From IMG/VR virus record IMGVR_UViG_3300002307_000022, positions 108,585 to 144,976 of that record: a stretch of DNA of 36,392 nucleotides; one strand, written 5' to 3'. This document shows, in pieces, positions 8,377 through 18,400 of the stretch (its first letter is position 1; each line of letters starts with the position of its first letter). The notes below the pieces were generated by a model. It was not told the DNA's origin. It did not search any database and saw only the letters and a program-made list of their open reading frames with translations. Made by a program: the position numbers and the translations under genes. Origin of the DNA: a virus.

Positions 8377-11300
8377 ATGGCTGAATTTAAATTAGGTAGA
8401 TTAAGGTTCGTATGGAAGGGACCTTGGACAACTAGTACTGCATATGTTAAAGACGATGTAGTCAGAGTCGGTGGTAAAGTTTATGTTTGTTTGCTTGGCA
8501 ACACAAGTGCCAGTACTGCATACGGATTTAACTCAGATTTAACTAGCAGCTATTGGCAGCTAATGAGCGACGGTATTAACTATATAAGTGCAGGTTGGAC
8601 TACGGGTAATACTTACAACGTTGGTGATATTGTTACTGTTAGCTCTACAACATATATTTGTACAACTGGAAACATTGCTGGAGCTACATTTGCTGGAGAT
8701 TCTAGCAACTGGGCTACACTGGCTACTGGGTTTTCAAACAGAGGTACTTGGGCAAAGAATACAGCATATAACCTAAACGATGTTGTTAAGATCAGCGGAC
8801 AAGAATACATTTGCTCTACAGCACACACTTCTACAAATGTAGACAACGCTGGATTTTATACAGACTTAGGAACAAGCAAGTGGACACTATTTGTGGGCGG
8901 ATTTGCTTGGAAATCAAGCTGGACTGCTACTACTTTTTATAACTTAAATGACATTGTAAAAGTCGGCGGCAAAGAATATGTTTGTATTTCTAGCCATACT
9001 TCGACTACTAGTTCAGACAACAGCGGATTCTTTACAGATCTAGGAACCAGCAAATGGTCATTATATGTAGACGGAACATCCTGGAGAGGCAGCTGGTCAG
9101 CTGTATATTATAACGTAGGTGATCTAGTAAGTTATGGCGGCACTGTTTATATCTGTACCACAGCACATACTGGAGTAACTTCTCTAGAAACAAATATTAG
9201 CAACTGGACACTCTTTACTAGCGGCTTTGGTTGGAAGGGAGTTTATACTAACGGACCAACTGTATATAAATTAAATGATGTCGTAAGATATGGGCCTGAT
9301 CTTTATATCTGCACAGCTACATCAGGATATACAACAAGCACAGCTACTCTCGATCTAACTAAATGGACACTATTTGTAGCAGGGTTAGAATTCCAAAGTA
9401 CATATAGTGGAAGCACTAGCTATGCATTAGGAGATGTAGTAACTTACGGTGGTTATGTATACGCTTCTAAGAGCACAAACAATTTAGGAAATACCCCCTC
9501 AACTGCTTCGTCATATTGGGATATTGTTACTACTGGCTATTCACAGCAGGGTGCATATAGCGGATCAACTGATTATAAAGTAGGTAATGTTATAACTTAT
9601 GGTGCATACGTTTACGTTTGTACACTTGATACTACAGCGGGAATACTTCCAACTAATGTAACATATTGGTCATTACTAACTACTGGTATTAATTGGTTGG
9701 GTGCTTGGAGCGGAGCAACTGCTTACAAATTAGGTGATGCAGTATCTAGAGGATCTAACAGTTATATTGCTGTAGCAGCTAATACTAACATTGATCCTGG
9801 AACAGACGGCGGATCTAACTGGAATAGCCTAACACAAGGCGCAGCTTCAAACGTATTAACTACTTCAGGTGATACACTTTATTATGGTGGCGCAGGTAAT
9901 ACAAGATTACCAGTTGGTACACCTGGACAAGTTATGAAAGTAAGCGGCAGTACATTGCCATCGTGGGGATATTTTGGACAAGTAACAAATGTTTATTATG
10001 TTGGTCCAAGCGGAACTAATGCTACTACAAATGGTCAAGGAACTACTATGGATAAGCCATTCTTAACGGTCGCTTATGCATTAGCTAATGCTCCGTTTAC
10101 TGGAAACGCAGTTGTCTATATACAGACTGGGACTTATCAAGAGACTTGCCCAATGAGCATTCCTGCAAACACCTATCTAGTAGGCGATAGCGTAGGAAGT
10201 GTAGTTATATCTCCAACTTCTGGAACAAATACACAAAATATGTTCTTACTACGAGACAACACTGGTATTACAAACGTAACATTAACTGGCTTAGTTGGTA
10301 CACTTGGATCAGTAAACGCAAACGGAACTAAACGTCCAGGCGGTGGCGCATATATAAGCATCGATACTGGTGGTAGTGGTATTACAAGTACTAACCCAAT
10401 TATTGAAAATGTAACTATAATTGGAACAAGTGGTACCTCAAGTTGCACAGGTATTAAGGTAGATGCCGCAGCAAATGCAGGTAGCGATACTGTAAGAATA
10501 AATGATGTTACTATGATATTATCCGATGGTATTGGTATATGGGCTACTGGTAATGCAAAAGTATTAGCATCATCAGTATTTGTATACTATGCTTATGCAT
10601 CAATGCTATCTGAACTCGGAGCTACTATTTCAGCAACGGGTTGCAACAGTGCATACGGAACATATGGTGTTATATCAGAATCTACACTAGCAGGAGAATC
10701 TGCACTTACAGGTACTGTTACTACACAGACACAGCAGGCAACAGTAGCCGGTGCCTTGCTTGGTAACGGACAGGTATTGTGGTTAGAATACGCCAATGCT
10801 GGACAGACTTATTCAAGTGCTACATATAGTTTTGCTAGCGGCACAGGATACGGTGCAACTGTTAGTGCTGCAAATTTTGTAACAAACGCAGTTCCGGAAG
10901 TTCGTGTTATAACTGGTGGTTCAGGATATGTAACAACAACAAACGTTGCTCAATTAGGAACATCAACTACTATCACATTAAATGCAGCTGACACAGCAGC
11001 AACTGGTGCATATGTAGGAATGCGCATAGTGCTTTCAATAGGCACAGGAGCCGGTCAATATGGTTACATAACAGCTTACAACGGAACTACTAAAGTTGCA
11101 TCTGTAAGCGCAGAATCTACATCATCAGCGGGTTGGGATGTCGCAGTAGCAGGAACCCCTGTAGTAGCAGCATTAGATTCAACTACACGTTATACTATTG
11201 AACCACGTGTAACATTTACAGGTACAGGTACAGGACTATTGGTAAGGGCAGTTGTTACATCTGGTGCGATTACTTCGATGAGAGTTATCAATCCAGGTAC

Positions 11301-12396
11301 AGGTTATAGTGCAGCACCTAGCATTACTATAACAGATCCTAATGCAGGCTCTGCAGCTACATTTACTGTGAGGCAGCAAGCTTCAGGTGTACTAGCACAG
11401 CCAACTTGGACTAGCAGAGGTACAGGATATACTGATATACAAGCAACTATTAGTGGTAACGGGTATGGTGATTATCAAGCTGTTGGATCTAACATTTACA
11501 TTGCTGGATTAGCTTCATTACCAACAGCAGGCGGAAATGTAACAATTTCAAGCAACGTATATACATTAATACAAGTTATAAGTTCAACAGGTAGTGGCCC
11601 ATACGTAGCGTATGTCCAATTAGGAACAACATTTACTACTAGCAACGCACCAGCGCATTCAACAGCAGCAAGCGTTACTTACCGCTATAGCCAAGCTAGA
11701 TTGCAAGGACACACATTCCTACAAGTTGGCGCAGGCAATGTTGCTACTGCTGGATATCCAACAGTAACAGCTACTAACGCAATCACTGCAAATCAAATTC
11801 AGCAGGTTGTTGGCGGGCGTGTGTTCTATAGCAGCTTAGATCAATCAGGTACAGCTACATTTGGTAATTTAATTAGTTCAAACGAATCTGCAGGAACAGC
11901 AACTATTAGTGCTAGCTTATTAACAGTAAGCGGATTACAGCAACTACAGTTTGCTAGCGGTGGTGCAACTATTACACAGTTTAGTACTGATGGTACGTTA
12001 GCAGCCAATAGCAATGCATTAGTTCCAACACAAGCAGCTGTAAGATCATTTGTGATCGCACAGTTAAACCAGGGTGTTGGCACATTAACTGCAAGTAATT
12101 TATCAACTGGTAGAATATCTATCAGTGGACAAACAGTAACTACTACAACCGGAAACGACCTACTGCTAACAGCAGCAGGCGGACAGTTTATACAAGTAAA
12201 TTCACAGACAAACCTTAATGCGGCGATAGTGTTAACTTCTTCAGGAACAATGACACTAAACAGTGGCTCAACATTAACAATTAATGGTAATACAGTAATT
12301 AACACTACTCCAGCAGTAGCTACTGATATTACTAACAAAAGATATGTTGACCGCCCACTTTCGCTAAATACAAGGTGGACAAACTATTGGGTATAA
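8377..12396 (+). CDS. Large fibre or spike protein (1339 aa) with nine N-terminal CBM5/12-like repeats and a probable pectin-lyase-like beta-helix
   Basis: Nine W.G.W.....Y...D.V..GG..Y.C units. Then YYV...G.......G.T...PF.T...A....., V.I..GTY.E..P..IP....LVGD, typical of beta-helix starts. GSGY/GTGY repeats follow, and TNKRYVD lies near the C-terminus. Confidence 0.75.
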   Translation: MAEFKLGRLRFVWKGPWTTSTAYVKDDVVRVGGKVYVCLLGNTSASTAYGFNSDLTSSYWQLMSDGINYISAGWTTGNTYNVGDIVTVSSTTYICTTGNIAGATFAGDSSNWATLATGFSNRGTWAKNTAYNLNDVVKISGQEYICSTAHTSTNVDNAGFYTDLGTSKWTLFVGGFAWKSSWTATTFYNLNDIVKVGGKEYVCISSHTSTTSSDNSGFFTDLGTSKWSLYVDGTSWRGSWSAVYYNVGDLVSYGGTVYICTTAHTGVTSLETNISNWTLFTSGFGWKGVYTNGPTVYKLNDVVRYGPDLYICTATSGYTTSTATLDLTKWTLFVAGLEFQSTYSGSTSYALGDVVTYGGYVYASKSTNNLGNTPSTASSYWDIVTTGYSQQGAYSGSTDYKVGNVITYGAYVYVCTLDTTAGILPTNVTYWSLLTTGINWLGAWSGATAYKLGDAVSRGSNSYIAVAANTNIDPGTDGGSNWNSLTQGAASNVLTTSGDTLYYGGAGNTRLPVGTPGQVMKVSGSTLPSWGYFGQVTNVYYVGPSGTNATTNGQGTTMDKPFLTVAYALANAPFTGNAVVYIQTGTYQETCPMSIPANTYLVGDSVGSVVISPTSGTNTQNMFLLRDNTGITNVTLTGLVGTLGSVNANGTKRPGGGAYISIDTGGSGITSTNPIIENVTIIGTSGTSSCTGIKVDAAANAGSDTVRINDVTMILSDGIGIWATGNAKVLASSVFVYYAYASMLSELGATISATGCNSAYGTYGVISESTLAGESALTGTVTTQTQQATVAGALLGNGQVLWLEYANAGQTYSSATYSFASGTGYGATVSAANFVTNAVPEVRVITGGSGYVTTTNVAQLGTSTTITLNAADTAATGAYVGMRIVLSIGTGAGQYGYITAYNGTTKVASVSAESTSSAGWDVAVAGTPVVAALDSTTRYTIEPRVTFTGTGTGLLVRAVVTSGAITSMRVINPGTGYSAAPSITITDPNAGSAATFTVRQQASGVLAQPTWTSRGTGYTDIQATISGNGYGDYQAVGSNIYIAGLASLPTAGGNVTISSNVYTLIQVISSTGSGPYVAYVQLGTTFTTSNAPAHSTAASVTYRYSQARLQGHTFLQVGAGNVATAGYPTVTATNAITANQIQQVVGGRVFYSSLDQSGTATFGNLISSNESAGTATISASLLTVSGLQQLQFASGGATITQFSTDGTLAANSNALVPTQAAVRSFVIAQLNQGVGTLTASNLSTGRISISGQTVTTTTGNDLLLTAAGGQFIQVNSQTNLNAAIVLTSSGTMTLNSGSTLTINGNTVINTTPAVATDITNKRYVDRPLSLNTRWTNYWV
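8410..9835 (+). repeat. Nine tandem ~50-58-aa CBM5/12 (ChtBD3)-like protein repeats
   Basis: Counted by eye in the translation; repeats 3 and 4 share DN.GF.TDLGTSKW.L.V.G. Confidence 0.75.
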
Positions 12397-12424
12397 TTCA
12401 AACACATAATCTAGGAGAATTTTG

Positions 12425-15400
12425 ATGACAACAGCCGCAAAATATGGCGCACAGGACTTAAACGGTAATCCAGTAAATTACCAGCAGCTAGTAAACCCAG
12501 CAAATACGGGTCCTAGCAACGTCATAGTAAACACTACCTTCGTTAATAGGACAGGTACTGCTAACAAAGCAAGATTAGCACTATCTTCAACCGCACTTGT
12601 TCCACAGACAGTGTCAAGCACACAAGGATTATACCCTATCACTGCTAACCAGACAAATAATGCTGCTAGTGTTGAAACACAGCAGATATTAACGATTGGT
12701 AGCACTAGTAGCGTAACAAACGCATTTACCACAGCGCCAATTACAGTAACAGCAACAACAGTAGGTACTAACCAGATAGTTTGCTCAAGCACAGTTACAC
12801 TCTCAGTAGGTCAACCAGTTGTATTTACATCACCAATTGGCGGGTTGCAGGCTAACATCAATTATTATGTACTAAACATAGTGAGCAACACAAACTTTAC
12901 AGTTTCAAACGTATGGAACGGTGCGATAATTTCCCTAAACGGCCAGACAACTAACGTGCTAATGTACCAGTCAACTGCTAACTTAGCAGTTGGTATGCCA
13001 ATACAGTTCCACGGTACACCATTTGGTAACGTAGTATATAATTACAATTATTATATCAACACTATCACATCGAACAATAGCTTTACTGTTTCAATAGTAG
13101 CGGGTAGCGGCACAGCTGTTACTCTAACAACTAATGCACTAGGAACTTTTGCACCATTTACTGCTGTTCCACTAACTGGTACTAGCTTTAATCCGACTAT
13201 AAACAATCCGGCAGCTCTTAACGTATCAAACGTAGTTTCAGCTACTTATAACGGTATACAGGGCCTAAGCATTGGATATGCTAATAGTTCAGGCAACATC
13301 CTTTCAACAGCTGCAATAAACATTAATGCTATCGTTGCACAAAACGTAGCTTCAACACCATATAACCCAGTGTTCATTGTATGTTCCTCAACACTTACAC
13401 TTACAACTGGTATGCCAATCGTATTCAGTGCTACTAGCGGTAGTATCACAGGCGGCGTTGTTTATTATGTTTCACAGATATTCAGTAGCATAGCATTTAA
13501 CATATCTGCTACCCCTGGCGGCCCAGTACTACCATTAAGCTCAACTACCCCAACTGGATTAACTGCACAGCAAGCAACTACTTTCTTACAAGTTGGTCAG
13601 CCTATTGTCTTTAACGGTAGTGGTACATACGGAGCAGGTGTTGCTAATCAAGCAGGTGTTGGTGGACAGGTATTTGGAAATCTAAATGTTAATACTCCTT
13701 ATTATGTATTAACTATTCCAAGCGCAACTACATTTACAGTAGCTACTACTCCAGGTGGGTCAGCAGTAACTTTATTCACTGATGGTATGAATGGTACTAT
13801 CATAACTGCTGGTAACTTTAAGATTGGTCAGCAATATGTTATCGTTTCATCTGGTAGTACTACATTCCCAGGTGCAGGTAATAATAACCAAGGAACTGTG
13901 TTCACTGCAACTGGTCCAGGTTCCGGTACAGGTACTGCGATGGTCTGTAGCAGTTATGTTTCAGGTAGCGGTCTTGTTGCCGGTGTAACTTATGCTATTG
14001 GTTGGTTAAACACAATTACTGCTGCTAACATCGATACTGCTGCCGCAACTGCAAAATCTGGTAGCAATGTCGTAGTCCAAGGTGTAAGCTATTCAGCTAT
14101 TGGTACATTCTCTTATGCTAACCCAACTGGTTCAGCAGCAGCAAATACCCAAGCAGTTAGCTATTTTGTATCAGCTACTACAACATCAAACGCAGGTGTA
14201 TTCATTCCGATCAATCCAATGATTACTACAAATGCTGCACACGTTTCAAATCCATTAACTATAGCAAGCTCAAGTGCAGTAACTAACGCATTTACTGTAG
14301 CAGCTATCGCAGTATCAGCAACAACAGCATCAACTGGATATATAACTTGTGCTAGCACAGCTACACTTGCTATCGGACAACCGGTTGTATTTGATACTTC
14401 ATTTTCTACTATCGTAGCAGGAACTGTTTATTATGTGCTAACTGTACAGTCTAGCACAACTTTCCAGATATCAGCTACACAGATTACTTCAACTATACCT
14501 AGCAACTCGCTATACCCATTAACTACTACAACTGGTCAGACAGTTAATATGTATCAAGCAACTACTAACCTACAGGTAAACGTACCAATGATATTTACTG
14601 GTACTGCTATCGGTGGTGTAACTGCTGGACAGGTATATTATGTACAAAACCTATTAACAACTACAGTAGGTGGAGCAGTTATACCAAATAGTTTCCAAAT
14701 ATCAACAATTTATGGTGGTCCTGCACTAACATTAACAACTGCTAGTGGATCAATGGTTGCAACTATTACACCGATTGTTCCAACTATCAACGTAAACGCA
14801 TCAACAGCAAGTGGATCTTTAACAGTCGGCGGTACATTAGGTACATATACTAACTATCTAACCACACAGTATGCCACTTGTTCGGCAACTGCTGGTGCTG
14901 CACCATACGAAATCACAGTTAATACAACTAGCTGGATGTCAGTGGGTCAACCAGTAGTATTCAGTTCAGTTAACACTGGTACTAACGTGTTTGCAAGTGC
15001 TTCTATCGGTAGTACAAATATAACTGCTGGTACTACTTACTATGTTGCAACTATTGATAGCTTAACAGCGTTCCAAGTGTCTGCTACATACGGCGGTGCT
15101 CCAGTTGCGTTAGGCTCAACTAGCCAGACTATGTATGTTTACCAGTCAACTGCTAACTTAAACGTAGGTCAACCTGTAGTATTTACAGGTGGTACTATCA
15201 CAGACTCTGCGCTAGCACTTAACACTACTTACTATGTTAACTCAGTATTGGGCCCTGCATACTTTACAGTTGCAAGCACTATATACGGTTCAAACCTAGC
15301 ACTAACAGGCGGTGGTACTAACATCAACAGCGTACAGATTGGTCCTCGTCCACTAATGACGATTTCAGCAACTGTAACATCAAGTGGTGTTACTATGATG

Positions 15401-18400
15401 ACATTCCCAGTAAGTGCTACACAGCAGTATACTAACTTAATTACTATTAACACTACATATCCACTATCAGTAGGTATGCCAGTTGTATTCAGTGCTGCTA
15501 CAGGACTTATGGCTGCTAACCAGCTGTTTTATGTAGCAAGTATAGTAAACGGTACGCAGTTTACTGTATCATCAACTAAGGGTGGTCCAGTGTATGTACA
15601 GAATACTACAACCGGTATTAGTGCTAACTTGTATCAGTCTACTACTAACTTGTATCTAAACCAACCACTAGTATTTTTCCCAACAGCAGCAAGTGCTACA
15701 ATTTCTAATGCTTCAAGTATTCCGACTGGTCTGACTAACATGGTATATGGTTATACAGTATACATTAACACTTTTAACAGTTTAATTTCGTTTACTATAT
15801 CACTAACACCAAACAGCTCATTACCAGGTGCTACAGCTACTACTTCAATTAGCTTGTCAAGTGCTGGTACTACTAACGCATTTGCGTTCTTACCAATGAC
15901 TAATAACGTAGCTTCAAACTTTGCTTATCAGTCTGCTCCTGTAGCAGTTACAGCAACTAGTGCCACAGCACCATACTTAATCACTTGTGCTAGCACAGCT
16001 GGTTTTGCTCTTGGACAACCTGTACAGTTTGATATAGCGATCGGTGGATTAGCTGTTAACACAACTTATTATGTATTAACTACTCCAAGTTCAACTACAT
16101 TTAACGTATCTACTACCCCGTTTGGTGGTGTGGTTGTGTTAACATCAGCAACTGGTAGTACCGGTAACGTATATCAGTCAACTGCTGGGTTAACAGTAGG
16201 TTCAGCTATACAGTTTACTACTGCAAGTTCATATCTTGGTTTGCCAACTGACACATATAAGACAGTAATTGGCGCAGCTTATAATTCATTATCAGCAGGG
16301 TTAACATTCTATATACAGAGTATACCAAGCTTTAACACAGTTATATTAACTCTAATAAACGCAAGCCCAGCATCTTTTGGTGCTGCAACAGGATACAGTT
16401 CTGGTGCTTCCATCGGTGGCTACGGTGGAATTGGTATGTTACCACTAGGCGTTGGTGCATTTACTGGTGCTACTTTATATAATGGTGTTAGCGGATTAAC
16501 AGTGACTGGAGCAGCAACTCCAGGTGCACAAAGTGGAGCTATGTATCTCAATACAATTAGCCCAACACCTCCTCTAGTAATTGGATCAACTACTGCAACA
16601 AGCAACTATTTCACTACACAGACTGTCAACGTTACTGCTGTAACTTCCGTAGGTAACTTAATTACCTGCGCTACTACACAGTATTTTTATCCAGGTATGT
16701 CTGTAGTGTTTAGCTCTGGTCTAGGAACTGGTATAGTATCGGGTACTGTTTACTACATATTAACCATTCCAAGCGCAACTACATTTACAGTATCTTCTAC
16801 ATTTAATGGTACAGTACAGACACAATCAACTACTACAGGTAATATAACTGTACAGCAGACTGCATTGTTCTTACAAGTAAATCAACCAGTTGTTTTCTAC
16901 GGAAAAATAGCAGCTAACCCAATCGTAGGTGTTAGCTTAGTGAGTGTTAGTTCGGGCGGTGTGTTAACTTTAGGTACCGCAGTTACATTAGCTGCTGGTT
17001 CTACTATTACTACAAGCTCATCATTAACTGTTGGTGCAACTGGTTTAATAGCTGGTCAGACATACTATGTCACAACAAGCGTTACAGCAAGCACTACAGT
17101 AACATTAAGTCTCACACTAGGCGGTAGTGCTATTTCTATAACTGGCGGTTCACCGACTGGTACATTAACAGTATCAATTATTGGATTAGTAAATGCACTA
17201 CCGGGTGTAACTTATTATGTAAATGAAGTTATTAATACAACATCATTTACGGTTAGCCAGTATATAAACGGATCTATATTTGCTCTACTTTCTGCAACTG
17301 CCACGCAGTTTAATGCGGTAACCGGTCCTTACAGGCAGTATAATATAAGTGCAACTCTTGCTGCGACTACTCCAAGCTTTACATTAGCAGCATTTGGATT
17401 GATTGGTACACAGTCAACTAATGGTACAAACTTAGCAATCGTGAATAATACTTTTGCTATGTATCCAGGAATGCCAATATCAATAGGCGGTACTTCGGGT
17501 GTATTAGTAGCAAATACATTATATTATGTGGTTAGTATATATGATCAGCATCGTGTTGTAGTTTCGATAGCACCTCCTAGTCAGTATGCTTCACCAAATA
17601 GTGTAGGTTATATTCCAACTACAAACAGCATCATTTACCAAACACCAAACGGTACTGCTTTACCGGTAACTACACAGATAGGAACTCAACCACTATATCA
17701 ATCAGCAGCTAAATTACAGCTTAACCAACCAGTTATGTTCTATGGTAACTTGGGTGGTATGACTGTAGCTTCTAACGCATTAGTAATTGGTAGGACTTAC
17801 ACTGTGGTATCAGTAGGTGACGCTACCTTTACTTCATATGGCGCGGCAGCAAATACTGTTGGTACAGTGTTTATAGCTACAACAACAGGCGGTGGTACTA
17901 CTGGTGTAGCATATAGCAGCTTCTTAAGCACTAGTGCGGTGTTGCTTCCAAATACTGTATATTATGTAAGTTCAGTTTCGGGCGCAGGTATTGGATCAAA
18001 CCAAGTAGCAGTTTCAGCAACACCAACGTATGCAGGAACTAACATTACTTCATATATCACAAGCGTTAGCATCGCTTCACCAGGTGTGTTTAGCACTTCA
18101 AACTTACCGTTTACACTAGTAGCTGGTCAGGCTATTACGATAACTGGTACAGCGGCTGCAACATTAGCTACAGGTAGTACTACTCCAAATCGTACATACT
18201 ATGTAACTAATATCAGTGGTTCTACTTTCTCACTAGAAACTTTTCCAGGAAACGGCGGTATACAGAATACAACTTCAACTAGCGTAAGTGGTTGGACGTT
18301 TGTACTAAATGGTATCAATCCAAACATTGCTGTTAACTTATCATCAGCAGGTCCAGCAGCACTCGGATTAGCAGCACAGGTAGCATCTACAGCACAAGCA